This document shows, piece after piece, positions 24,820 to 47,265 of a stretch of DNA of 64,000 nt. The position numbers and the translations under genes were made by a program. The DNA is from Adineta vaga (Eukaryota; Animalia; Rotifera): positions 8,990,001 to 9,054,000 of the forward strand of contig CP075492.1 of the NCBI GenBank assembly GCA_021613535.1. Reading direction: 5' to 3'. The first letter of the stretch is position 1, and each line of letters starts with the position of its first letter. The notes beneath the pieces are model-generated. The model was not told the DNA's origin, ran no database searches, and worked only from the letters and a program-made list of their open reading frames with translations.

Positions 24820-27800
24820 ATGTCTCGTCTACATAAGATGTCTATCCAAGGCATTCGTAGCTTTGGAAATCGTGATCAGGATACTCAAGTCATCACTTTT
24901 TTTTCACCGTTAACAGTAATTGTTGGTCCAAATGGATCAGGAAAAACAACAATTATCGAATGTTTAAAATACATGGCAACAGGTATTATGCCACCAGGTG
25001 CAAAAACAGGTGGTGCATTTGTTCATGATCCAAAAGTAGCACATGATACAGAAGTACGTGGTCAAATTCGATTATTATTTCAAGATGTAACTGGACATAA
25101 TGTACAAGTGCAACGTACACTTGTTGCAACACAAAAAGTAAATACTTGCCGGTAGAGAGAAAGAACAAGATTGATGATTGTTCGATATGTTTTAGAAAAC
25201 GAATATAAGTCTTCGAACACTTGAAGGTGTAATTATTCGTGAAGGTGTTAATGGTGAACCAATTCAAATTACTTCGAAATGCATTGAATTAGATAAAGAA
25301 ATGGTAACTGCGTTTGGTGTATCAACAGCAATTCTTGAAAATGTTATCTTCTGTCATCAAGAAGAATCGAATTGGTGAGTTGTGAAGATTGTTTTTTTTT
25401 GGTTATTAAATCCAATTCATTTCACTAGGCCATTGAGTGAAGGAAAACAATTGAAAAATAAATTTGATGATATTTTTGCAGCAACGAAATATATGAAAGC
25501 ATTGGAATTGATTCGTAAAATCCGCACCGAAAAAGTTTGTTGAAATATTTCCATTTAAAAAAAGTGTTAATATGATACTTTTCATTTAGTTACAAACAGT
25601 GAAAATTAGTCGAGCAGAAATCGGACATTTAAAAACATATCGTGACATGTTGATTCAAGTATGTTCAATTGTTTTTTCATAGAAGAGGAAGAAAATAATA
25701 TTGATATGTAATAGAAAAAAAGGCAACATGCTGAAATTGAAGAACGTCAACAAATATCAACAGCAAATGTCGAGAGTATTGATCTTAAACTAGAACCAAT
25801 TAATGTACGTAGTAAAGATTTCATTTTCTTCTGAAATAAGAATTCCATGTTACGTTTTCTAATTTTGAATAGGCTCGATTGGAATTTATTGTAAAGGAGA
25901 ATTCAAAAATGATGGATTTTCAACGACGAATGGGTATATATTCTATAGAATATTGATGATAGTACTCTTGTTTTGTTAGATCGTCTAACCAATGAATGTG
26001 AAGCATTGAAGAAACAAATTCGTGATTTAAATACTGTTATTGATGAACCGTTTCAAGGTTCTGAAGATGAATTAAAATTAGTTATTTCCAACTTTCAACG
26101 TGATCAAGATAAAAAGAAACGAGAAAATCAAGATGTAAGTCTTTTCATTCGATACTAATCATCGCAAACAAATAGATATGTCTGTTTAGTTAGAACAAAA
26201 GAAACTTTCAATTGAACGTCAATTAAAAAAACTTACAGAAAAACGTACTTCAGATACAAATCGTTTAGGTGCATATGAATATGAAGAAAAGCAGTATAAA
26301 TTGAATTTAACTCGTCGTCAACAATTTCTCGAAGAATATGTTCAACAATCATCTCAAATAATTGATAAAAACGACTTAAATAATCATTTCGATAAACAGA
26401 TCAAAATCGAACAAAAACAAATGATGGAAAAACGTTTATTTTATCAACAACAAGAAACAAATCTTCAACAAGATTTAGATAAATCAAAAGAACAACGTAT
26501 TAAAATCGAATCAACAATAAAATTAAAAAGCTCTCAAGTAGAAAAAACCGTTAAAGAAATTCAAGATATTAAACAACAACAAAAACAAATTGAACAATAT
26601 CTTAAACAATTAAATGAATTAAATAAACGAATTGAACGAAAAGAAGAAGAATATCAAATAAAAATGGCTGGAGGAATTAATCTTGAACAATTAAAACTTG
26701 ATATTAGTACCGATGAACAAAAACGTACACAATTACAATTTGAATTGAAAGATTTAAATACTGAAATTGATAATCTATTAGTTAATGCTAAGATTAATAC
26801 CGAACATGAAATGTTTCAAAAGGAAAAAACAGAACGTGATGAACAAATTCGAAAGATGTAAATAGTTCGAATTTGTTTTTGTTTTTATTTCGATAAATTG
26901 AATATTCCTTTTTTTAGTAAACTTCGTCATCATGAAATCCTTTCAACAATATTTCATGGATCGATTCCGGAACAAGATTCGAATATCTATACACAATTTG
27001 AAACTGAACATCATAAATTACAACAAAGTCGATCAATATTAGAAAAACAAGTTCAAGATATTCGTCAAGAATTATCTGGTAAAGAAGAAAAACGTCGTTT
27101 ATTTGCTGATGAAATCAAACGTAAAGATTCGTTACGTAATGAATATACTGATCGTTTACAAGAACAATTAAATGGACAAAATTATGATCAATATATTGAA
27201 AAATTATCATATGATGTCAAACAAAAACAAGATGAAAAAGGAAATATTGTTGGAATGGAAAAAACTTATCAAAAATTTGTCAATCAAGTTCGATCAACTA
27301 TACAAAACGATCCGTAAATGAACGTTTTTTCGTCAAATCTATTGCTTTCAAATGTGTATTTTTAGTTGTTGTCCATTGTGTTATCGTAAATTTGAAAAAC
27401 AATCTGAAGGTGAACAATTAATTCGTGATATGGAATTACAAATCAAAGGTCCAGAATATCGGCGAAAGATTGATCGAGATTTAGCTTTATTACAAGAAAA
27501 ATTCGAAAAATGTCTGAATTTAAAACCGATCAATAGTCAATTACAAGATCTTGAAGAAAAAGATATTCCATTATTGAAAAATCAAATGAAACAATTGGAT
27601 AAAGATATTGTACAATTGAAAAATAAACAAACTGATATTGAACAAGAATTAAATGATGAAATTTGTTTACCATTAGAACAATGTGAACAAATTAAAACAG
27701 ATATGATTATGTTGAATAAATATATCAATGAAAGAAAAGAATTCGAAGCAAAAATTCAAATCTGTCAACAGAAATTGGGTAAGAATTTCTTCTCGAAAAC

Positions 27801-29742
27801 ACAAAGAAGAGTACTTTCCATTTTTGATTTAGGTAAAGGACAAAACTCAACTCCACGTTCACTCGATCAAGTCAGACAGATTAAAGATGATGTTCAACGT
27901 CAATTCGATACCTTAGACAAAGAATTACAACGTAAACATAAAGAACTTCGAGCCCAACAAGATTTTGTCCAAGAATTACGTGAATCATTAACTGAATTGA
28001 AAAATGACAAGCTGAAATTGAGTTCGGATGTACAAAAGAAAGAAAGACTCGATGAACAATTACAAAAATTAACTAATTTGATTCAAACATTGAAAGATGA
28101 AATTCAAAATGATAAACAATCGTTAGAACCGTTGATTGTAAGTTTTTCTTTACAATCGGAACATTTTGTTGAATTTCTTCTTTAGAATGATATTGAAATT
28201 AAAACTAAAGAGAAAAGTCGATTAATAACAGAAAAAGAAAAAATACTTTCTACATTAAATGAATCGGTTTGTATCTTTAGTTTCGACATATTCACTATAG
28301 AATGTAAACGGATGTTTAGATCAATGCTTTAGAACAAAAATTAAATGAATTAAAAACAATATCCACAGCTATTAACAAGTAAGCGATAGTAACTTCTTTG
28401 AAAACTTCATAATTGATTGGTTCTAACTTAATCGTTTAGTTTTGAAGATCGTACATCGAAATTATTAGTAGAACTTCGTTCATCATTTGATCAATTGAAT
28501 ATTATTGAAAAGCAATTACAAATGGATCTTTCTTCATGTATAACAATAATTTCCGAACATAAGGATGATTTAGCGCGATCGGATATCCGCTATCGTCAAT
28601 TGAATGATAATCGACAACTACTACAAAGTCAAATTGAACTTGAACAGAAAGAAAAAGATCTCGTTCAACTTGAAGAAAAAACTCATGGCCTCAAGTAAAT
28701 GATTTTTATTTTCAATATCACGAATAAACTTTTTTTCTTGATACTATAGATTAGATTCACTTATTCGTGAAGAGAAACAATTACGTTCTTCACAAGAAAC
28801 TCTATTAAAAGAAAAACATACAGCATCTGCACGTTTAGCAACGCTAGATCAACAATTAACTGAATTAGAACAAGAACTTGAACAAGAACATTTAAAAAAT
28901 GCTCATGAACGTTATTTAAAACATTTCGTTCAACAAACAGTTGAAGAAATAGCTTCACAAGATCTTGAACGTTTTTATAAAGTGCTCGATCAAACAATGA
29001 TGACGTATCATACACAAAAAATGAATCAATTAAATAAAATCATTCGTGATCTATGGCGGACAACCTATCGTGGTTCTGATATTGATGCAATTGAAATTCG
29101 TTCGGATGCTGATGAAGAAAATGCATCGAAAGCTCGACGAACCTATAATTATCGTGTTGTAATGCTTAAAGCTGGCTCTGTAATGGATATGAGAAATCGT
29201 TGTAGTGCCGGACAAAAAGTTCTTGCTTCATTAATCATTCGATTAGCATTAGCTGAAGCGTTTTGTCTTAATTGTGGTATTTTAGCTTTGGACGAACCAA
29301 CAACTAATCTGGACTTTGAAAATATCGATGGATTAGCTCAAGCATTGATAGAGTAGGTTAAAGTTTATCTTTATGAGAAAATGTCAATGATAGATTGTAA
29401 GAAGAAAGAAAGATTTGAATGGTTTAACCTTTGAGAGTTTCCTCTTGATATTGACAAATGAAATTTATCATGTTTTTGTTTTCTGTGTATTAGAATTGTT
29501 AAAAGTCGAGCAAGTTTGAAAAACTTCCAATTGATTATTATTACACATGATGAAGATTTTGTTGATTCATTGGGTAAATCAGCGTATGCTGATAAATGTT
29601 ATCGTGTTTCAAAAACAAACAAGTATTGATTACCTATTTTGTTTATATCTTTTGACTTTCTATTTGTTTGTTTTATTCTTTGTATTTCAGTGGTTTATCG
29701 AAAATTGATGTCTGCAATATAGCTTCATTTGGTGCTCATTAA
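24820..29742 (+). CDS. RAD50: DNA repair protein RAD50, many exons
   Basis: IQGIRSF, Walker [20 protein letters not shown], zinc hook CPLC, signature CSAGQ, Walker [19 protein letters not shown]. Confidence 0.97.
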
Positions 29743-30367
29743 TCAAGTCTTCATTTAAGATTATGATTGTATATTTTATTTTAGAAATTTAGTCAGATAT
29801 ATGCTTTTACTTATTGTTATTTTGATAAGACGAAATAAATTCAGAAATGTCCTTTTGTCTTTGTTATAATCTATACTTGGAAATAAACGCATAAAAATAA
29901 AAACTTTTTTATGATCAATTCGATGAATTTATGATTATGGCAATGTGATCGTTTCGGATTAGATTACATATCGTTGACATATAATATTATTTCAACTGAG
30001 TACATGAAAGAGAACTTATATTTAAGATATGATGTTCTCTAGCGTCCTCTATTGTTGATTTAATTATTCAAAAAATCACAGATGTAATCCATTATCTTAC
30101 GATTCAACGTAATATTGTAATTTATTATTATTTTTTGGTATTAAAACGAAAATGATTGGTAACTCACATTTACTTATCGTTAATTCCATTGATGACAAGA
30201 CGCGTGTCTGTTTCTTCCTTCCATGTGGATCTATCTACATATACGCACATATATGTTCTGACATATGCTTTATAAGAATGATTCATTTGTTTGACACGAT
30301 TCACACTTACATACATTCATTGTTGCTTTGCTTGCAATCATTACTATTCCATTGTTAATTTAGATAC

Positions 30368-34551
<4,184 letters not shown>

Positions 34552-36407
34552 GAGAACTATATCTCATTTCGAGATATTTATTTTTTTCATAAACAAGCCA
34601 ATTGATATTCATTGTATTATAAATGAAAATACTTTTCTTTTTCTTTACATGCAAAAAAAAACTGTTTAATTTTTACCTACATTAAATATACTTTTGTTTG
34701 ATGGTATGCACGACCTTCAAAAATTGTTGTACTCTCATTGTTTTTTTTGAACAAATACGCATGATAATTGTTTATCCAAATGTTTTGTTTGTTGAAGTGA
34801 TCTTTTGTGGCTATGTCATTCGTATCTTTGTCAGTATAGTCGTCGCTGTGCCAATGTTTCTGCTGTTCCCATTCAATATTTTGGATATTTTTCTTGCTAG
34901 TTTCATTATACTTGTTGATGAAATATAATCTAATGTATTCCTAATAATTAAGAAAAAAAAGCATAGTTCACGATACCATATAAGTTGTACGAGAGAAACA
35001 AAGAGAGAGAGAGAGAGCAATGATCTCCGATCTTTTCAATGAATACAGATGAACATGTATAAAAACTTGTCAGTTCGAAATCTTTAAAAAACAAAGATTT
35101 TACACTGAATTCTTTGTGGTGAGTATTGTACCGAAGGAATTAATTTAAAATTGATAGATCATTTCGGTGTATGACTTTTTTTTATCAATCATATGCAAGA
35201 CATACTCCAGATTTCAATTCATATTATTGAGTAGAACTACTGATCGTCAAGAGTGCAATATGAATCTGCCCTTTCCAAGAATAACAGAGTTTAATTTATT
35301 ATGACGCAGAAAGGTTATTCTAGACGTTTGATTCTTCTTTCTGTAAGATATTTTCGTCAATATTTCCAGTCTAATCTTGAGATTTATGCATGGTTTTTTT
35401 TACTAGGTCTACATCTTCATCATCGAATAGTTAACAGACTTGTCTTTTCCTTTTCCTCTCATCTATAATTGATCTAACCTATACTCTACTCAATATGAAA
35501 TAATAGAAGTTAGTAAGGATCCGAATTACAAAAATAATAAACTAATGGATAAGATTTCATTCGATTATTTTAGTTGAGTCTGACACAAATATTTCATATT
35601 GAAAGACGTGTTTTTATTAGAATATTGACATACATGAATCTATGAGAAATATGAATAGGAATGAACATATATCAGAGATCGTTCATCCATGGATCTACTA
35701 TTGTTATTATTGTACAGACATAAAACAATAGGTATTGATCTGTTCCATCAATCTTTCATCAATGTATTGATAGAAATGATTTCATTGACTTTTTCGATGA
35801 ATAATTTAAGATTGTTTTGGCTATATAAAAAAGAAACATCGAGTTTTAGTTTATTCTTTAGCAAGGCAACTGATTAATGATGTTTATATTTCTGCCGAAA
35901 ACAAAATCAAGAGCAAATAAATAGTATTTGATCTAATACATAGAATGCAGTGATTGCTATCAATTTTTGGTATTCATATTAGAAATACTGTTGTTGATCA
36001 ATGCAATGAGGTCATCAGATTAGAGTTTCGCTTGATCAATTCTATTAGCATACTGGACTTCTCATTGATGATTGATAACATCTAATATGAAGAAACGTCA
36101 GTGTTTATGTCATATTAGTCATAAGAAAAGCTAATCAACAAGTTCATAATAGGTCGCATAAGTATATCGATATGTATAAAATGACAAGAAATGCACCGAA
36201 AAAAACACCTGCTTGAAGGAATACATTTGTCACTAACTACTTTGCTAGTCTTATGACGCTAATGATAAGCAATGCTGTGTATGTATATTTACGGCTTTCG
36301 AAGATTGTTGTTATTTCTAGTGCAGCTGATTGCATGATTTTGTTCTGGTATTCATCTTAATGAGACAACACTAGCACGAGTTTTTTGTCTAAACAATCGT
36401 TGATCTC

Positions 36408-36429
36408 TCTTCTTCTTCTTCTTCTTCTT
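36408..36429. repeat. (CTT)n microsatellite; similar short repeats near 17886 (AAT) and 37462 (AGA)
   Basis: tcttcttcttcttcttcttctt. Confidence 0.7.
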
Positions 36430-39174
36430 TTATTGACGATTACTAACGTCATCAACACATCCGATATGGACACCTTTCTTTTGCGTTCTGTAATTTGTCC
36501 ATTTTCTCGAAGATTTTTGCGTTTTTTTTCTTTTCTGGCTCGCTAACTCTTCGCGTTTCTACATATGTTCTATTCTAGCCGTTATGGTACGAGTATAAAG
36601 AGACATCAACTTATATATCTATCTGTGTAGTGCAATACATCTTCTGATGGATCAAAGACGTGTACGATCTCCATCAATTTCTAATGTGAGTAAATCTTTA
36701 TGAGGACAAGAGAAGAACAGTAGGAGATAATCATGAAATTCGATCGATCATCATCCTTGCCAAAGTCCAAAAGTGATAAATGATAATAATCAGATAAGAA
36801 GAACAAATCTTATTGTGATTGTCATTTATGCGTTACCTCTCGAGAAGAATAATGTGATAGTCTGATAAATATCAATCTTGCATTTTCTTTTTCGAAAAAG
36901 AAGCTATTATATATCTATATGATGGTGTAAAATGATCTTTGACAATTCCTAGCTATTATCATTGATGGTTCTACTTTCGGCATTCGTCGTTTTTGGTATC
37001 GGAAGATTTGCTTTTTTGACTATTGCTATCGATTGTTTTTTCTAGGTCTGTTTATTCGTCTGTTGATTTTTAACGATGAGGAAAAAAATGTATTTAGTGG
37101 TTAATAGTAATAGCAAAATGGCCATGTAGGATTAATACGATGGAAAAATAAGAACAAAAAAACACATCGTGCATTGTCTCTCATCATCAGCAATCGCTGT
37201 TTTCTTTTGCATTGAGTTTTCTACATAATTATTCGTCTGAGTTGTCCTCTTATTTCTTCCTATTCCACTAACTTAAGATAGGCAAGCTGGATTAGAGATA
37301 AACCATGACGGCTATGGATGCGAGAGCAACAAATCGGTTTTTACCGAGCAAGAGAAGATTATGGTGGCGAAAGAAAAATGTCGATATGATAAAGAGAGAT
37401 GTTTAACAACATATGTTATAAGAAGTAGAAAGAGAAGAGAAGACATAGACATAAAGGGGATAAGAAGAAGAAGAAGAAGAAAAAATATAGAAGACAATAT
37501 CTAACAAGGTCTCGATATAAAAATCCGTGAACTCTCATTCATTGGTGTTGACAGAATCTAAATATTTATCTCTTTCGTTTTCTATTTGTATCCAAGTGAA
37601 TTTGATACTTGTGAGATATTGAGATAACTAATTGATTCTCTAGTGACTAATTTTTTATTTTTCAGGTAGGATGTTATTGACAAGTCTATTTAGATTGTCA
37701 TCTTTTCTTTTCATATTTAAGTTTTCATCAATTGACGGAAACATAGAGAGTGTCAGTTTGTTATAAAAAATAGCCACTGTCGAGTTGACGGATGATATAC
37801 ATAAGCAGCGATGGTTATTGACAAAAAACAAGTTTGCGTTGATTCTTTTATTTGTAAGATACGATTATAGGAAGGGTAAATCAGTTTCTTAAGTTGACGA
37901 TGTTCCAAAACAACAACAGCAGTAGCAGTACCATTGGTAACATCAATAAAAAAAAGACAACAATTTCTCTCCTCCCCAACGCTATTATCATCGGTGCATT
38001 TTCTTCAGCGACTGCTGACGCAAATCTATTTTTCTTCTACTCGTCGAGAGCAGCAAGATAATATGCGACGAAAGTGTCGACTGTATAATAATAATAATAA
38101 TACAGCAGAACAGATAGGAAAAAGAAAAGAAAAGAAAAGGTACACAAGCAAAGAGTGCAAGATATTTTCCTGTAGTATCAGACGATACATATACAACGAT
38201 AGTAAGGACGAAGACATGAAGGGGAAAAAAAGGACGCTAGTAACAAGTCAAAATGTGGTTGTAGGTCTGCTTATAGACAGCGCTTACAAACAGAAAGAGA
38301 TGAATTTTTCTTCCTCTTCTCTCTCTCACCAGTTGGTTTTGTGGTATATGTTGTTGTTGTACAAATGCTTACTGAATGTTAGATCGTTTATTTCCGCCTT
38401 TTTTCTCCTTCTTTTTCTGCTTTGCGATACGACGACAATAACAAGTACAGCCCCATCGTTGTTGTCTCGTATCTCTTGTGTGGTATAGGAGCTGTTGTTT
38501 CCGTCATTTCAGTTCTAATTTATAGCGACTGTTTCTTGTTTTTAATCCATTAAACTATACCATAAAAACTCCTTTTCTTCTTCTCCATACAATTCGTCAC
38601 TGGTGAGTGAGCTCTTTTATACGAACTCAAAGCAGGAGAGAGTATCGATAGATTTTCTTAAGTATTCACATCTGTGACAGATGTTTATTGATTTAGTGCT
38701 TCTACTTTAATGAATTGTAATCTTTCTATTAACCTAGATAAGTTTATTTTTTTATGCTAACATCGGATAAACTTCAACTGAAGTATATACGACGTAATAA
38801 TTTTCAGTCTGATAATATGAGTTGACATGTACAGATATTAATCGAAAATCAGATAATTAATTAAAAGATCGTCTCTGAGGACGGATAATCATCAAGTCTT
38901 ATCTATAATATTCATTTGAGAGAAAAAGTTAATATTTGTTTTTTTCCTTGACAATAGTTAATTATAGAAATTACCAGAATAAAAGCAATCAACCATGAGA
39001 CAGTATTTAACTAATCTGAAAGTTAGATAAACGATTATCCAGTGACCTCTATGATCATTACGTATCGAGACATGCTTATTGGTCATCTTGACCGATCTTT
39101 AACACGAAAAATCAGTCGTCTACATGTACTGTTTATAAGACACATGAAGTATATTCATTTGATTTCAGGTAGCC

Positions 39175-43545
<4,371 letters not shown>

Positions 43546-44401
43546 AAGAAGAAAAAGATTTCGTTTTTTTATTCTCAAATATACTCAATTTTGTTTCTTA
43601 AGAAAATCTCGTCCGACGGTGATCCTTTCATTTTCTTGATGTCGTATGAAACTTCACGCATATATCAAAGCAAACATATGTAAAAGAATTTATCATCATT
43701 CTCTTACATCAAATCCTCGTCCCCTCATCCGTTTGTTAGATTTAGAATTCGTTTTTCTTTTCTTTCTTCTAAGACAATTTGTGTTGTTTTCATACATGTT
43801 TGTCTATTATGTTCAATTCTAATTTCTTATAGATTTGATTGTGTGAGAACATCTTTTTTTTTCTTTTTTTCATTTTGTCTTCTCATTTCAATGATATGAC
43901 CCTCAAGAATGTATTTACCATTCTCTTTTTTCCTGTAAAATTTTTTCTTACACAGTTTTGTCCTGGTTGTTTTGTCTGACACTCATAAACATATCTGTTG
44001 TTTCACTGCCGGCAACAGTTTTGTTGTCCTTCTTTCTTCTTTTTTTTGGAATATAAACACATATATACACAATTTATGTGTTCAATATTTATCTTGATTT
44101 TTTTGTTTCATCATTTATCAAAACGTATGGAGTCACTTGTATTTCAATGATGACGAAGAAGATGGTTCATATTAGTAGAGAGAGAGAGAGGAAGATGAAT
44201 AACCTTTATGTAGGTTGAGAGAACAGAAAAAAAGAAAAAGAAAATTTCGAACTGATTCATACAATGTGCTATTTACGTAGGCGTTGATGAATGTCATGAA
44301 TTTTCATTCTATTTTTTTCTTTATAGATAAATATTTTATTTTTTCTTCTCAATCTACTATAAATTCAGTTATTGTGTCTGAATATTGAGTAATAGTCGAC
44401 A

Positions 44402-45022
44402 ATGGCATCACGAGCAAAAGCTAAACCACCAAAGAAGCGCCAACAACGCGCTACATCGAATATATTTGCTATGTTCGATCAATCTCAAATTCAAGAATAT
44501 AAAGAAGCTTTTAACATTATCGACCATGATCGGGTATAACTAATCTTATCATATCAAATTGTACTCAAATTCCTTTTCTTTCATGATTAGGATGGATTTA
44601 TTAGTGGAGATGATCTTAAAGATATGTTTGCTTCATTAGGTATGTTGCGAATTCTTGTCTTGTGTGTGAATTTATCTATTTTGATTACTATAGGAAAAGT
44701 TGTAACTGATATTGAAATCGATGGTATGATTCGTGAAGCACCAGGTGATATTAATTTTACAATGTTTTTAACATTATTTGGAGAAAAATTAACGGGTACT
44801 GATCCTGAAGATGTAATTAAAAATGCTTTCATGTCATTAGATGATGATGGTTCTGGAAAGATTTCTGAAGAACGTTTACGAGAATTATTAATGACGATTG
44901 GTGATCGATATAGTGATGAAGAAGTTGATGAATTATTTAAAGAAGCACCAATTCGTGATGGTTTATTTGATTATCAGGAATTCGTTAAAATTCTTAAATA
45001 TGGTCGAAAAGATCAAGATTAA
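44402..45022 (+). CDS. Myosin regulatory light chain (non-muscle/smooth type), 3 exons
   Basis: [27 protein letters not shown] (Thr/Ser phosphosites), [19 protein letters not shown]. Confidence 0.95.
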
Positions 45023-45414
45023 ACGTCGAATTTCTTTTACTGTCTGATTCAGATCTTCCAAAAAATGAACATTTCAAAGATAACATATGTTTCTCTTTTC
45101 GTCCTACACACATCTTATTTTCCATATATTTAACATTCATTCATCTCTTTTTGTTGTCCATGTAATTAATATATCTAATAGTTGCTCATTCTTATTAATT
45201 TTTTCTTTTTTTGTTTATATAATAAAATAAAATGCAATATAAAAGTTATTTCATACAAAGGAAAGAAATATCTGTATCCGAACGTCCTCTTTTTCTTGCG
45301 TAAGGATTGGATAAGAAATATTTATCCAATAGAAAAACAAAGTCATTCTTTCGCATTTCTTTGTTTTATGTTGAAATTCTTTCTATTAAATCGCGCATTT
45401 TATTCGAAAGAATT

Positions 45415-46630
45415 ATGTCTTATCCATTTTTGGAAACACTTTTTCATACATATCAATCGCAAATCGGAAATAAAGATGATGCATTAATTATCTTTACACA
45501 TTGGTGTTTGATTTCACATGGTTTTCAACGATTAAACGGCAATCAAGTAAATCTCGGGAAATTTTCATTCTCTATTGTTATTAATTTCATGTTGATTTAG
45601 AAAACAGAATTATTACCAAATGATTGGACACAAAGATCGGATAATTCCATTACAATGGAATATACGAAGAATGATATTGGCTACAATTTAAAATTATTCG
45701 ATGTTGAAGGCGTATTTTTTGCACATTTATTTGTAAGAAAAAACTGCGTTGAAAATTATTTCTAATCTCTTGGTTTTTCTAGCGTAATAAACAAGGTCGA
45801 CATGTAGAAATTAATTTTAGCGTCAATGATCATGTTCATGAAAATTATAAAGAATTTCAATCGTATGATTTCTTTGAAGAGAAGAAAAGAGACTGATTGA
45901 TTTTTAAGATTTCTTTGTTTAGTGCTTATAAAAATTTGAATGATTTGAAAAAAGAATTTCATGAAAAAATTGAATCATTAACAAATGGCAGTTCAGATTC
46001 AAATGTTACCAGCGATAGTACTACGTCCAGTAGTGTTCGTACAGGTACTTCAAGTAATCAACAACAGCAACAACAACAACAAACCGGTGGTCGACGTCAA
46101 ATACCCGATGATCCTTTGATCGATCCTTTGGCTGCTGGCCGACGACCACATCCATATCCGGGTGGTTGGTCAGTGTAACAAATTTGAAGAATCAATCAAA
46201 GAGTTAATACTTTGATTATTTTAGGGGACAAATTCCTGGTGGTTATGGTCCTGGTGCAGGTGCCTATGGTACTTCAGATCTTGATCCATTTGGACGTAAT
46301 ACGCGAGGAGGAGGTATGAATATGGATCCATCGATGTTTCAACCAGGAATGAGGTAAGAATATTAAATTTTAAAAACAGAATTCGATTTGATCTGTAAAA
46401 TGTGATCTTTAAGTGTATTCTGAATAAATAATTCTATTTTAGACCACCCATGGCTCGATTCCAACCTCCTGGTCCTCAACGAGGTCCATATGGTCTTGAG
46501 TAAGTCTTTCTCTTCCAAATCATATTTTCTTCAAGCTTATTTTTTTTTTGAATTCTTTAGTCCATTCCAAGAACCAAATCCTGATCATTTACCAATGCCA
46601 GGTTCACATTTAGATGACATGTATAATTAA
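45415..46630 (+). CDS. PSMF1: Proteasome inhibitor PI31, 7 exons
   Basis: FP-domain start DALIIFTHWCLISHGF...ELLPNDW; Pro/Gly-rich tail with DPL, GTSDLDPFG, GGM, PPMARFQP, EPNPDHL; ends in HbYX motif MYN. Confidence 0.9.
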
Positions 46631-46762
46631 AATTTGTATTCTTGTTTATTTTAACATGTCTGTTTTGGTTTTCTTTTCTTTTTTCATAATAAAACACAAA
46701 ATCTAGCAAAGAGAGTAAGATATATAAAATCATTTCAAAAATGATTTTAGATAATATATACA

Positions 46763-47170
46763 ATGTCAAAAGATTTAGATCCTACGGGTGGTATGTTTAG
46801 TGGTAAGTTTTGATACAATAAAATCTATTCATTATTTCATTTCCTTTTTCTTCGAAATAAAAAGGACCCAAAGATACAATGATGGAAAAGATAAAAGGAC
46901 CGGGCAAACCGGATTCTCAAACGTAAGTATCATCATTAACAGAATGAAATCAATTTTTTTATATTTGTTTCTTTTTAATAGATCTGCTCCACCAGGTGCT
47001 AAAACGGATATTATTAATCCAAAACAACCACCTGAGTAAGTAACATTTTAATCAGCCACTTTTCCTTATACAATGATATCTTTAGACCAAATCGTGATCA
47101 TGCACCAAAGATTGATTTCCAAAGAGAACCATTGCCAGGTCAAGGACCGCAAACTGGTGGTTTACTTTGA
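46763..47170 (+). CDS. 78-aa 'mini-PI31', a stand-alone PI31 C-terminal-like microprotein (exons 46763-46802, 46865-46922, 46982-47035, 47086-47170)
   Basis: Three GTAAGT...AG introns splice into an open 237-nt frame: MSKDLDPTGGMFSGPKDTMMEKIKGPGKPDSQTSAPPGAKTDIINPKQPPEPNRDHAPKIDFQREPLPGQGPQTGGLL. Confidence 0.8.
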
Positions 47171-47265
47171 TGATTCTTTTTGTTTAATTCATCTATCTGA
47201 TATTCAAGCTTGTAGTCTTTCATGTCCGTGCTTTTCTGTTCTTTTTGCTTTTAGATAGATACTTT

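Noticed and set aside
37934-38488. 184-aa ORF in the inter-SERCA region
   Set aside because: TTG start, low-complexity translation of simple repeats, no motifs; probably promoter or UTR
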